From contig CM120645.1 in assembly GCA_051362555.1 (NCBI GenBank), forward strand, positions 12,896,001 through 12,960,000: a stretch of 64,000 nucleotides of DNA, written 5' to 3'. Under the pieces are notes generated by a model. That model made no database searches and was not told the origin of the DNA. It was given only the letters and a program-made list of their open reading frames with translations. The position numbers and the translations under genes are program-made. The stretch's first letter is position 1; each line of letters starts with the position of its first letter. Shown in pieces: positions 39,689 to 54,015 of this stretch. The stretch comes from Lingula anatina (lineage: Eukaryota > Animalia > Brachiopoda).

Positions 39689-40266
39689 GGCCCCTATTTC
39701 ACACAGACCACGAATCGCCAGGAATTGACAATTTTCAGGATTCGTGAGGATTCGTGAGATTTTGCCAATTTTCTGGTCTAATTCGACACGCTCTAAGATT
39801 CAGTTACAATACAGGTGCGATAGTGTTACGAATATTCGTGAGATTCGGCTGGAATCGCACGAATATTGACCAGAAATCCACTACGATTTTTTGGAATCGG
39901 GAGTTCGTGGCCAAACCTTTGAACAGCTATAAAATTATTGCCACGAATTCCCGATTGACCAGGAATTGCAAGAACTGACCTCGATTATATACGAATCTGT
40001 TAAGAACTTCACGAACTGATCACGATTCAACCACGAATCCTGAAATTTTCAATTCCTGGCGATTCGTGGGATTCGTGGTCTGTGTGAAATAGGGGCATCA
40101 AAGTTTTTGACACCAATTCCTGTTGGTCAAAAAGTGCAAGGACTGTCTACGAATATATACGAATCTGTTAAGAACTTCACGAACTGATTACGATTCAACC
40201 ACGAATCGTGAAATTTGTCAATTCATGGCCATTCGTGGGATTCGTGGTCTGTGTGAAATAGGGGCA
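39689..40266. mobile_element. Harbinger-like MITE with TAA TSD and a duplicated right end
   Basis: ggcccctatttcacacagaccacgaatc is mirrored at ~40070-40096 and again at ~40240-40266, with TAA flanks. It is nested in an agatcgatcta MITE. Confidence 0.8.
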
Positions 40267-40821
40267 TAAGCCGGCTAAGCTGACAGTAATCTAGTGAGAC
40301 TCCCCACAGGGATAGATCGATCTAAAATCTATGGAAATGGGGTCTTTGATAGGTTATAACTGTAACGACTCTACAGTTCTTTTTTACACCTTTCACAAGC
40401 TGTCCACGAGTATGCTTCCTACTTTTAGGCGGAAGTTAATTAATTGACTGTGTCGAGTATGGAGGGAAGGGGTTTAGGCAACTCTTAGACAAGCTTTCAT
40501 TGTCAGTGATTGTTACGAAGTCAGTGGATTTTTCATTTTTTTGTTTATATGTCATTTATTCATTAATGTATCTATTTATTTATGTGTTTTTTGTTTGTTT
40601 GTTGTTTATTTTATAATCACACAAAGCTGTACATATATATAATTTTCTGATTTTATCTTTTTTGTAATGTGTTTAAAAATGCAATTAACATTCTTTTCAG
40701 AAGAATTTATTAGTTGATAATGAGTCACCCTCTATGGTGAGATTACCCAAGCATAGATATTTGTTTTTCGTATCAAAATAATTTTTATTGACATTTATTT
40801 CAGGGCAAGGACAACGAGACA

Positions 40822-43800
40822 ATGAAAAGACTGTCGAGCATAAAATATTTTCTGATATTTTGTTTACTTCGTGGATGGCAAGGAAGCCACGCAGGTAAGT
40901 GGAACAAATCTTCACACCCCGACCCCCCAACACCCAATAAATAATTGAATAAATAAAAAGCACGACATGAGACAAAATAGCAGCACATTCTCTATTCCCG
41001 TGCCCTGCATATTACAATGAAACTGTCCTTCTCTACTGATTTATGTATCATAGAAAATGTAAGTTCTTTTCATTCATGTTCCCTCCCCTTTTTACAGCTT
41101 AGCAAAATCCTGGATCATGCAGTGCGTGCGTTTACTTATTTCAGAAGTTCAAAAGATTGTTCTTAAAGATGATATTGTTTCGAATGGTAATTGCTTATTT
41201 TGAGTCAGACGGGACACTGCATGGTCTCACCTATAATTTCTCAAGGGGAGTGGTCGCGGCCCCCAAATTTATGAAAAGTTTATACCGTCAATACACAGAT
41301 AAGAACTGATGTAAGTGGCAACTATTTCAGCACCTTATGTTTGTGGCTGGTGACTATTTGTCTGCGAAACTCTGTCCGCCGAACATTGGTGATACAATCT
41401 GATTGTTCGTTTATCTTACCCACACACACATAGTTTACATGATCTATATCTTTTACTTTTTTGTACACTCAGTTTCGACCAATGTAAAGCACTAATTAAC
41501 GTTGCAAGCTTAAAGGCATTACTTTTACAGGGTGATTAACTTCTACCTTCGGACTTGATTTTGAAAGACAAGAAAAATAGTCTACGTTGTCATATATCTT
41601 ACATCTTTAAAAGTGGAAAATTCAAAATTAAAACCAATTATTCCCCATTTTGTATGGCAGGTTGTGTCGTGCCAGAAGTTCCTCTTTCAAGTCGAACTCC
41701 AACTGATGCCCGTGTAAACAGTCAGCAAAGTGTTACCTACACGTGTGTTACTCCTCCTTATATCCATATATACGGTTCTCTTACAATCACGTGTACTGAC
41801 AGAGAGGATGTGTTTGATAAGGAACCACCAGTATGTGGAAGTGAGTATGTTTTTCTTTCTTTTTTTTTTGTGGGTATTGTGCTGCAGATAACTATTGAAT
41901 AAAAAGGAATGACTTTCGTTAATAATTTGAATACGATGTGAGATTCTTTCACACTACATTATGTAAATTATGAAAGAAAATTTTAAAAAGGTACATCTCT
42001 AAACATTGTTAGCTATGTATCCGTACACCGGTGTATTCAGGATTTCACGTGGGGTAGGGTCGAAGGAGGCATTGGTTTGGGGCGGCAAATTATTGCATTA
42101 ATCCGCTTTTCGTTCTCTTCTTGGCATGAAATGGATTCCGAGAAGTTTGCATATATCCAATGTCGCCTTTAATTTGGCCACTACAGGATACAACCAGTTA
42201 TATCAATCAGTTTGACAGGGGGTTGGGGTTGGTCGATAGACAAGGCATACCGAATACAAGACTGTGACTCGGTTGTGTTGAACTTAAATATATTTTAGAA
42301 CTTTCTTTTCCAATATAGAGGTGTGACTCAAACGGCTTATATAATGCAAACCTCGTTATTTCTGTAGAAAAAGGTGAGAGCAACTGTCTCTTACCTCATA
42401 CATAATTATTATATTTTAATTAAAATTCTGAAAATCTTCTGTTTCAGTTCCAGAGTACGTGTTGTATCTATATGGAAATAAAAGCATCAGCGGAGGCGAA
42501 TGGAAGAGTAATTGGCCACTATCCCGCTGTTTACAGGCCTGTAACGATGACCCAACGTGTGAGGCAGTTGACTTTAATGGACGGTGCTGGTTTCATTACA
42601 GTTCTTCGTCGTGCAATGGATTAAGATTTTGAAGCAATGTTCGTTATTATCAAATGAAACAATGTCCTGGTAAGATGCAAAACCGAAACTATTTTTTGTT
42701 CCATTTCTTTAGATATTTTTATTCATTTATTTTATAAATTTTATTTTTGCTTATTATCTCATGGAAGTGAATAGGGGCCCTAAGTAAAGTAAGATAAGGT
42801 ATTGATGAACTAAAGACGGCTTTGGTGTGTCATAGAATACGGTCTATATCTGTGAAACATACCCAACACCTTTCAGAAATTATCTACTTACGTAATCACA
42901 TAATCGTATATTATACAGCAGATCCCGTATTACCAAAATGTGACCAAAGACATGGTTTGTTTCCTTCAGGTAATCCCGCCTACATCTGCCCCTGCTCTAC
43001 GGGAGGAACGTGTGTGAGAACATACAGTTCTGAAATACGGGTATCTTCAGAGGAGTGTGTGTGTAACCTGGGACGTACCGGTTCCCAGTGTCTTGGCTGT
43101 AAGTGGGACTTTGATTTCCTTTGTTATTTGACACACTTTTAATTAAAATTATTGAGATCAAAATACAACATCGCCTGTTCATAGATACGTAGATTATTGC
43201 GTCGGCTACATAAATATGAGTCTAAAAATGTTACGCTTTGGATAGAAAAAAGTGACTCTTTATATATAAATTAAACGGAATACACATAGAACTCAACCCT
43301 CAAAGATATCGCTCTTGCCTTAACGATAAGGAAATAAGGAGCTATTCTTCATCCATTAATTAACGTAATCTAATACATTTGAAATGAATACATTACACAT
43401 GTAAGTGCACCAAATTGTCATTTTTTCATTACCATTGCGATGGGTTTCCGTACAGACATAAACTTTGTTTTTAGATGTGGAATGCACTGCCGCGACTTTT
43501 CCCAATGCAGCTCCCTCTCCGGTAACTGGAGTTTACAGATTTGGAAGCACTGTTACCTATACTTGCAACAGTGGGTATCAACTCAGCGATGGTTCTGGTT
43601 CCAGTTTCACACTGAATTGCAATCTTAGGGGAACGTTTGAAGGGGAGAGAAAAACATGCACCAGTAAGTCTGATGTCAAAAAGACATCAAAATTTAAAGA
43701 ATAAGAACAGATTGATAATTCAAAATGAAATAGTCGGCTGCAGGTTGGTCCTTATTACGATCATGCTTCTGGGCATATTTATTGTCGGTGTTATTAGACT

Positions 43801-45808
43801 CTGAATAAAAGTGAGATGAAGATATTAAAATAATGACTCCACTTCCAGGAACCTGTGTCCTTCCTGTAAGTGATCACTTGAAGCAGGTAACACAGCGTTC
43901 CGTTACCTTTGAGGGACAAACTGTCAGATATACATGTAATACTGGCTTCCAATTCAACGACACGTCAACGGTAAAGATCCTTACTTGCCAACCCGATGGT
44001 ACATTTGACCAAAGTTTACCTAGCTGTATTCCTATATTGTGTGGTTTTCCAACTGGTAAATTCAACCTAAAGGCAGAGGGAGGACCATATAATTACAAAC
44101 AGAATGTGACGTTTTCTTGCATTCCTGGATATCATTTGGTTGGTTATAACGTAAACGCGGCGTTTACGTCACAATGCATTGCGACTAACACCCTGGAACC
44201 GCCAATACCTGACTGCATAAAAGGAAAGTGTGTTTTACCTCATTTAAACAACACGGTAGCGAGATCTAAAAGAAAGGATCAGTTCTTCCTGACATCAGTT
44301 GAGTTCAAATGCATGACAGGATTTCGATTCTCGGATGGTAATACCAGTGTCACCTTGACGTGTGATGAAACCGGTGGATTTGGGGTGGATTCTCTGAGTT
44401 GTACAGGTACGTGTATTAAGTGATGTGTATAGTTGATGTCCTCTCCAATCTCCACGCGGATTCAATCGGTCAGACTGGTCTCTTCAATTAAAAACATTGG
44501 CCACTATGATACCCTTATGGGTACGCGTGATCCTGTATAATACTGTTATAGTTTTTGTTGAAATACTTTTTGCTATATATGGTTAATTGTTACATTTGTG
44601 CAACGTTTGTATTTATACTTAAGAAAATGATTAAATGATAAACCACTTGACGTATTTTCATACGGAATTTAAGGTTTATTTTCATGGAAAATTAGCTATC
44701 TAGTAAAGCAAAAAAGAAAAATAATTGATAACGCTTTTTTTTTCAATTTTGCCATTCAGAGGCGTTTCCTGAAGCTGTTGCAAAGGCTGCATCTGCAGAT
44801 TTCTACATTGGTGTCAGCGTTGGCGTGGGCGTTACTGGAGCGATAGTGCTGATATTACTTGTTTTCACAATCGGTGTATTCATCAAACGTAGACGGTAAG
44901 TGCCATGGTACCATTAAAGAAATGTTGTTCGATGGGAATGAATTAAATTACATTAAAAATGTTTTATTCTGATCAAACGTAACGATAAAGAGTTTGTGAA
45001 GAGTAAAAGGGAGACTGTTTACGACCGCTGTGAATCAAAACTTTACGTGTGATATATCATAGCAGTATAAATACTACATTTCACACGAACCATTTCTATC
45101 TATAACTGTGTTTCCTGTAAGATAGATTAAGACGTATTTATTTCCATACTATACAAAATTGTTATGCATTTGGCCCATCTTGACGTTTCGGTTAATTATC
45201 TCCCCCATGATGAATAAATTAATGTGTTCTTAGATTTTCTTTTGGGCAATGCTCACACATTTCGAATTTTGATATTCATCCTCCTACCTCTCGTATGCCC
45301 TCAACCTATTAGCTGATAAGTGGTACATGTGAACTATTGTTTTTCGTTTCCACTCAGAAAACAGTGCGCCGCCTCTAAGCCGCCCAAGGCCATTAACGCT
45401 GATCACAGCAACATCTCGGAGTTATACCAAAACAGTCGGCCCGACAGTGCCGAGCGCGAATATATGTCACTTGAGGCCAATACTATGGCAACAGTTAACA
45501 ACGTGGCTGAGTATGCTAACGTCAATGACAGCGATTATACTGTTCTTCGCACTGCAGCAAACGAAACTAACAATATGCATCCAACATCTGCTAACGCGGA
45601 TCACTGCGACAACTCAGAGTTATACCAAAACAGTTTGAGTCAGCCAGACAGTGCTGATAGGGATCACGAGTATATGTCACTGATACCAAAACTATGGCAA
45701 CAGATAATAATGTGGTTGAATATGCTAACGTCAAGGACAGCGCATATACTGCTCTTTGCATGTCAGCAAGCGAAACTAATCAACATCATCCGTCAGCTGC
45801 TGGAGTAG
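40822..45808 (+). pseudogene. Gene D: same receptor family, with a premature stop in the PAN exon and a frameshifted duplicated tail
   Basis: Exons 40822-40894, 41661-41840, 42448-42669 (TGA at 42630-42632 where E/F have GTA), 42970-43098, 43475-43663, 43849-44406, 44760-44895 and 45358-45808. The tail unit is duplicated, and the second copy shifts frame after EYMSL (~45682). Confidence 0.75.
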
Positions 45809-46599
45809 GCCTATATCAGAACGAAGTGTTAATTATTTAAGCCTATGTGCCTAATGGTACTAGACTAGACTAGACTGCGTCATATAATATGTCATTTTTT
45901 TGCAGAATGTATGCCATAACACAGGGCTTGTAGAGAAAACAGGTGTTATGTACCTATGAGGCTTCCCATGGTACCTAGTCCTGACCCCACGTGTACAGGA
46001 CAGCCCTTTCCGAAAATTTGACCCACTTACGCCACGCTAACCTTAACCTATGTGAATATAATTGAGGGCAAATTCTTTATATTTCTATATTCTTCTTCTA
46101 CTGACAATGAAATTGTGCTCGTGGAACATAGAAATCTCACGTTTTTAATATTATGCTACCTGTATGATCAGTTGTAATATTATTTGCGGTTCATTATTGT
46201 GAAATATTTCATTTTATGAACAGTTCATGTTTTGCTTTGAGTTTATATCACGCATAATATATTCTTCGACTTTATTGTACTATAATGTACGCCAGTAAAG
46301 TATAACAATACTCATTATTTACATCTGAAGTAATGGTAGTAGTTCACTCATTCTAGAGATTTATATTGTCATTTTTTTGCTGTCTATTGTACATAAATGT
46401 ATACGTCATCTACCTGTTCTGTATAATCAAGATGGTTATTTGCTTATTTTAGAGTTTATTATCAAAATAAACAGCCATGCCTATGACAAACTCACATTTT
46501 AGCCACTTTTGCAATATTCCATGCATATGCTAACATACATTTACCAAACGTATTTAGAGTATAAAAAAGATGAGTAATATATCATATTGTTCTTCGTGT

Positions 46600-49000
46600 A
46601 TAAAGCCGGGTAAGCAATCGCTATCATGAACAATAACATTCTGAACAGAACAGTGTTGTATAATGATACCTTCAGGAAATTGATGAAACTGTGCCGCAGA
46701 GTGATATACATGGATAGTAAAGACTAGATGCTACATATATATGGCGACGAATGATCGAGTTCAATCTAAACGTGACAAATAATGTTAATGATATAATCTA
46801 TTTACATACTTAATTTTTTGTTTCTCATATAGGGGTTACATCTTCATGTCACATTCGCATTTTATCCAAGGCAAGAAAATCAATCAAGGGGGTGACAGAC
46901 GCCTTAAAATCGCTATTCTACCAAATACGTGTATATTTAGGTTTATGTAACATTTTGAACAATTTTGTACAATTATTAAACATAAAAATACTGAAATATA
47001 TACTTTGATTCTTAAAAAATAGTTTGTAGGATTGATCAACTTTTAGGAAGAGATATCAAACCCCAAAACACAAAAGACGAGCAACCGACTGTATACCCTT
47101 ATGATTAAGGGGGTAGGGGTAAATTTTGATGTGTAGGTGACCACCCTGAAGCCAAGGTACCTATTGTATTATACCAAAAGAAAGGTCAACAATAACGGTT
47201 TTTTATTAATATTATTTGATGTATCAAACTTGCCACTCAAATGAAGCATATTCAGTTTGATATAATATAAAATATGTATCATCCCTGAACAATTTTGAGC
47301 AAAATAGGGCTATTTTTCACGGTTTTAAATGAGCTCTGATGGCAAAACTGATTTTATATTGTTATTTATGGATAAAAAAATAGGGAAATGCAATTTTCTA
47401 AGCCTTTGGTACATTAAGAGGGGCAAATGCCACGAAATACATGTATATGCAAAAAGATGCTAAAAATCCGTCATTTTCGAATATCGCAAACTTAAGAGGG
47501 TATGTACAGGGGGGTTAGAGAGGTTTTGAAATTCTGAAAAAAATCACTGTTGTATCACCCCCCAATATCACGCAGTGTTACTTCAATCAGGAAGTATGTC
47601 GCATGCTTTTTATTTCAATGTGAACTCGATTCCCATCCACCATGTATGTCTGTTGTCAATACATGTACGTCTGTTGTAAATCAACACCAGCATCTGAGAT
47701 GGTGTCAATATTTAAATCTACTTATATTAAGGTACAATTTAAAATTGTGAAAAGTGTGAAAACAGTGTGTGCTCTGCCTGCTCTCAGATAAAGGTGCCTG
47801 TAAAGAACATTAATCTGTTACATTACAAGTTTAACTTTATATTATCAACATCTGCAATATGAACAAACACCAGTGCGGTATCTTCATATATTACAGGACA
47901 GTGGCAACAGAGGTTGGTCCCATTGTTGTTCATGTTTACCTCTCCTCCTTAGCAGTGTTGTTGTGAACACGGAGCTACCCGTGCGTCGTGTAAAATATAA
48001 AACGGGTCACTTCCTTGTTCACAAAACTCCACAGATTCGCACCTAGGCCTCGCCACACTTTGACAAGCTTTATCTTTTTAAGGTCATTCAACAGTGAGAA
48101 ATTTGGCTATAGAAAAACTAGGGTTTGTATAATACCTACTAAATGTACATGCACTATAATCAGTACATAGAAACAGCAGAAAGGACAAGATGTTCCGAGA
48201 TCAGTGATGTAGATTGATCAGCACTGAATCGTGTAATAGTGTAACAGCGCCCAGGCAGGTAAGTGTATATGCTTTGACATGTTCTACTTAGCCTGAACCG
48301 CATTTCTCTCAAATTTTACCGACGTTATAAGGCCTACAGTGTATGTCATTAGAACCGTAAGAAGACCGCGTCATTACGATTTGTCACCAACCTACCTGTG
48401 GCAGAAGGGCGACACAACGATTACATTGGTCTTCTCTGTTGAGACATCTTAATAACACGAGCCAGGGTGGAGATACCAGTACAACCTAGGTTTATAAATT
48501 TTAAAAACCTTTTACAGTGAGCGTTATGTCTTGGACCCGTTTTCAAATAAGGTAGTATACGGACTGGACCTGTTCAATTTAATATATAGGTTGTAAATTG
48601 TATTTACGGTACGGGTTTGTATTTTTTACTCTCTTTCATCAGCCTACCCACAAGTTAAATTCCTACTGTTTAAGGGGAGGGAAATGAAGTTTAGGTGACT
48701 CTTATACGAAATAGCCAAGCTATCAAATTGTCACTTGCTTAAAACATACTGGTACAGGTGAGTCGCTTAAAGGTTTTTGATTTGGCAGTGGTGGGTTTGA
48801 AAACAAATGACCAGAGAGGACGAACACTCCTTCGGAACACCACATATAAGGAGGGTACATGTACTAGTAGCTAATAAAAAGTACATAACAAAAAGCCTTG
48901 CTACCTTATCAGAACTTACTCAACGAGAAATGTTAATAAGTTACAATAAGTGTAGTAATACAGTAATGCTACAGTACCTAGGATTATTTGCTTCCTTGTT
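46600..49000 (+). repeat. Intergenic block duplicated between D-E and E-F
   Basis: Colinear with ~54280-56760 (e.g. atggcga.gaa.gatcgagttcaatctaaacgtgacaaataatg; caaaagacgagcaaccgactgt). Confidence 0.85.
47990..48264 (+). promoter_or_regulatory. Putative promoter/5' UTR exon of gene E
   Basis: tataaaacgggtcacttccttg and donor cag|gtaagt at 48258. Confidence 0.5.
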
Positions 49001-49549
49001 GGTGATTTTTTAAAATATCTAAGTATTTATTCAATCTTATTTATTAACTGATTAGTTTCGAAAACTAGCGCTTGTCCCTCATTTCGTTTTTGTTTTTTGT
49101 TTTGTTTAGTTTTGTTTTTTTGTTTTTTTGTTTTTTTGTTTTTTTTTGTGTATGTTAGCACTCTACAGGTCGCAATTAGATCATATGTCTTCGATCCACA
49201 AGACCACATCTGGATCCGATTGTCTTTTCTTCCATGTATTTATTATTATTTTTTATTATTATTTTCTTTTGCTTTCATTATCAATGGTTGTGTATATATT
49301 ATTTATTCATTAATGTATCTATTTATTCATATTTCATGTTTGTTATTCTAATATCACATAAAGCTGTACATAGAAAATGGTTGAACTTTTGTGTAACGTG
49401 CTTTAAAACGTGTTGCTCTGAATATCAGAATAAACCTTCATTTGATAACGAGTCACCCTCCCTGGTGATATTATTCAAGCACGGATCTTTGTTTGCCGCA
49501 TCAAGACACTTTTACTTGACATTTATTTCAGGGCGAGGACAACGAGGCA

Positions 49550-49724
49550 ATGAAAGGACTGTCGAACATTTTAAAATCTTTTGTGATATTTTGTTTACTT
49601 CGTGGATGGCAAGGAAGCCACGCAGGTAAATAGAACTAGTTTTCACACGGGATGCACACGTGTACGTGTATACCCTTTTTTCCTCTCCACAATATACAAC
49701 CCATCCCCCGTCTCCCCCCTAAAA

Positions 49725-49755
<31 letters not shown>

Positions 49756-52700
49756 ATAGAATGCGCGACATGAGACAAAAGAGGAAAACATTCTCCATTC
49801 GTTTGCCCTGCATATTACAATAAAAACATCATTTTCTACTGATTTATGTATTTTAGCAGATGCAAGGCGAAGCACTCTTCATTCATTTCCCCTCCCCCTT
49901 TTACATCTTACCAAAATCCTGGATCATACAGCGCATGCGTTTACTTACTTCAAAAGTTCAATTATTTTGCATGGTAGTTACTATGTTGAGTCTGACTAGA
50001 AAGGGAAGTGGTTGCGGCAACAGAATTTACGAAATAGTTATCCCCGCCAATAAACGGGTTTTATGAAACTACCTTGTATTTTCATTACGTTATGTTTGTG
50101 ACTGGTGATTTTATTTATCTGCGATACTCTGTCTGCCGAACACTGGTGATACTCAGATTCTATAATTTCTAGAAGGCAATGCATTCGCAAAAAATGGGAT
50201 TAGATTGTACCTTTATCTTACCCAGTCACATAGTAGACATGATTTATATCTTTTACTTTTTTGTACACCCAGTAAAGCACTAATTGACGTTGAAAGCCTA
50301 ATGACATTACTTTCACAGGGTTATTCAACTTCTACCTTCGGGCCTGATTTTGATATACAAGAAAATAGTCTACGTTGACATATTTCTTACATCTTAAAAA
50401 GTGTAAAATTCAAAAATAAAACTAATTATTCATCATTTTGTATTGAAGGTTGTGTCGTGCCTAACGTTCCTCATTCGAGACGAACTCCAACTGCTGTCCG
50501 TGTGAACAGTCACCAAAGTGTTACCTACACGTGTGTTACTCCTCGATATCTCCAAATATACGGTTCTCTTACAATCACGTGCACTGACAGAGAGAATGCG
50601 TTTGATAGGGAACCGCCAGTATGTGGATGTGAGTATTCCTATTTTGTGGATATTGTGCTGGAGAATACTACCGAATAAAAAAAAGGTTTTCTTTAATAAT
50701 TTTCTTGAATATGATGTGGAATATTTTATCTACAATGCATTGTGTAGAACTGTGGAAACCGTGAAGGCAACTACCCTGTAACTCTAACCTCAAACATATA
50801 TATTTCTGAAAATCTTCTGTTTCAGTGCCAGAGTACGTGTTGTATGCATATGAAAATATAAGCATCAGCGGAGGCTCGCGGAACAGTTATTGGCCACTAT
50901 CCCGCTGTTTACAGGCCTGTAACGAAGACCCAGCATGTGAGGCAGTGGACTGGGATGGAAGGTGTTGGTTTCTTTACAGTTCATCGTCGTGCAATGGATT
51001 AAGATTTGTAAGCAACGTTCGTCACTATCAAATGAAACAATGTCCTGGTAAGATGCAAATCGAAATGATTTTTAGTTCACCATTTTATTTAGATATTTAT
51101 TTATTTATTTATTTTATTTCATTAATTTTTCTTTTTGCATATTATCTCATGGAAGTGAATGGGAGGCCTAAGTAAAGTAAGTTAAAGTATTGAGAAAGTA
51201 AAAATGACGTCCGTGTGTCATAGAATACGGTCAATATCTTTGAAATACACCCAACACCATTTAGAAATGAGCTATACTTACGTAATCACAAATACTCGTT
51301 AATTATCCAGCAGCTTCCTTTATTAGCTAAGAAGTTACCAAAGACTCGATTTGCTTACATCAGGTAATCCCGCCTACAACTGCCCCTGCTCTACTGGAGG
51401 AACGTGTACAAGAACATATACCTCATGGACACAGATATCTTCACAAATACAGGTACCTTCAGAGGAGTGTGTGTGTAACCTGGGACGTACTGGTGACCAG
51501 TGTCTTGGTTGTGAGTGGGACTTTGGTTTTTATTGTTATTTGTCACACTACATAATTGAGATCGAATCCGAGCATCGCCTGTACAAAAGGTGCGTCCATG
51601 TAGTTTATTGTATCGGCTACATGAATATGTGTCTGAAAATGTTACGCCTTAGACAGAAAAATGTGATGCCAACTACATGTATTTACGAAAACCCTTACAC
51701 ATGTTTCAAAATTAAACAGCATATGCATACACGTGGATCACACAAATGGTCCCCTCTTGAAATTAGAATTTTGAATATCTGAATCATAGTTACATGTATA
51801 AAATGTACCAAATGGCATCGTTTGCCTTTTAAAATACCAAAAAAATTCGGGGCACGCTGAAGGGGAGGGGGGCGTCGGCTTCGCATAAGCAGACCCCCCT
51901 TCAAATAATCCTGGATCCGCCTCTTAAGATATCGCTATTACATTTATCATGAACGTCTTCTAATACAAATAAAATTAATAAATAATACATTAAATGTAAG
52001 GGGAAATCATCAATATATAAGTTTTTTGTGCAACCAAGTGGTTACTATTGCGACTGATGGATTTCTTTACAGATATGCACTTTGTTTTTAGATGTGAAAT
52101 GCAATACTCCGACTTTTCCCAATGCAGCCCCCTCTCCAGTACCTGGAGGTTACATATTTAAAAGCACTGTTACCTATACTTGTAACAGTGGGTATCAACT
52201 CAGAGATGGTTCTGGTAACAGTTTCACACTGACTTGCGGTCCTAGAGGAACGTTTGAAGGGGAGAGAAAAACATGCAACAGTAAGTCAAAAAGACAACAA
52301 TGTTACAAAATAAGAACAGATTAATAATTCGAAATGAAATAGTCGGCTGCAGGTTGGCCCTTATTACGATTATGCTTCTGGGGATAATTATTGTCGGTGT
52401 TATTAGGCTTTGAATATACTCAAGTGAAATGAAGATATTAAAAAATTACTCCACTTCCAGGAACCTGTGACCTTCCTGTAAGTGATCACCTGAGACAGGT
52501 AACACAGCGTTCCGTTACCTTTGAAGGACAAACTGCCACATATACATGCGTCACTGGCTTTCAATTCAACGACGCGTCAACAGTAAAGAACCTAACTTGT
52601 CAAGCCGATGGTACATTTGATCAGAGTTTGCCTAGCTGTGTTCCCATATCGTGTGCATTTCCTACCAGTAAATTAAACTTGAAGACAGTAGAAGGACCAT

Positions 52701-54015
52701 ATGTTTACATGCAGAATGTGACGTTTTCTTGCATTCCTGGATATCATTTCGCTGGTTATGACGTCGACGCGCCATTTACGTCACAATGCATCGCTACTGA
52801 AACTCTGGAACCGCCAATACCTGACTGCATAAAAAGAACATGTGTTTTACCTCATTTAAACAACACGGTAGTGAGATCTCAAAGAGAGGATCTGTTCTTC
52901 ATGACATCAGCTGAATTCAAATGCATGCAAGGATTTCGATTCCCGGATGGTAATACCAGTATAACCTTGATATGTGATGAAACTGGTGGATTTGGGGTGG
53001 ATTCTCTGAGTTGTACAGGTACGTATTAAGGGATGTGTATAGTGGGTGTCCTCTTGGATCCCCATGCAGATTGACTTGGTCAGACAGGTGTCTTCAATTA
53101 AAAACATTGCCCACTATAATACAATGATGCTCTGGGTACGTGTGATCCTGTATAATGCTGTTATAGTTTTTGTTGAAATACTTTTTGCTACATATTAGGT
53201 TACTTGTTACATTTGTGTCACGTTTGTATTTATATTCATAAAATGATTAAATGATAAACCACTTGACGTATTTTCATACGAAATATAAGGTTTATTTTCG
53301 TGGAAAATTTGCTATCTAGTAAGGCAAAAAAGAAAAATGATTGATAATTTTTTTTCAATTTTGCCATTCAGAGACGTTGCCTGAAGCTGGTGCCAAGGCA
53401 GGATCCGCAGACCCTAACATTGGTGTCAGTGTTGGTGTGGGCGTTACTGGAGCGATAGTGTTGATATTAATTGCTGTTATAATTGTTGTATTCATCAAAT
53501 GTAGACGGTTAGTGGTGTAGTACCATTAAAATCTTGTTTTATGTATTTCTATCAAAAATAGCGATAGAGGGTTTGTGTATAATAAAAGGGAGATGTTTAT
53601 GACATCTGTGATTGAAAACTTGACGTGTGATATATTATAGCAGTATAAACGCAACATGTCACACGAATATTCCTCCTCCCTATCGTTCTTCCTTCAACCC
53701 ACTTGCTGATAATTAGTAAATGTGAACTATTGTATTTTGTTTCTATTCAGAAAACAATGCTACGCTTCCCAGTCGTCCAAGGCCGTTAACGCTGATCTAA
53801 GCGGCACCTCAGAGTTATACCAAAACAGTTTGAGTCCGCCAGACAGTGCTGAGCGCGAGTATATGTCACTGGAGGCCAATACTATGGCAACAGTTAGCAG
53901 CGTGGCTGAATATGCCAACGTCAATGACAGCACATATACTGCTCTTTGCATGTCAGCAAACGAAGCCAAACAACGACATCCAACAGCTGCTGGTGTATAT
54001 CAGAACGAAGTGTAA
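49550..54015 (+). CDS. Gene E: sushi-PAN-EGF-4x sushi-TM receptor with class I tail, ~590 aa
   Basis: Exons 49550-49625, 50449-50628, 50826-51047, 51364-51510, 52092-52280, 52461-53018, 53372-53507 and 53751-54015 (tail ELYQNS..EYMSL..EYANV..STYTAL..VYQNEV*). All are GT-AG and the frame is open. Confidence 0.88.

Noticed and set aside
49027-49629. Hydrophobic ORFs resembling membrane proteins
   Set aside because: They derive from T-rich low-complexity intron sequence. Only 49550-49625 is a real exon, in another frame.
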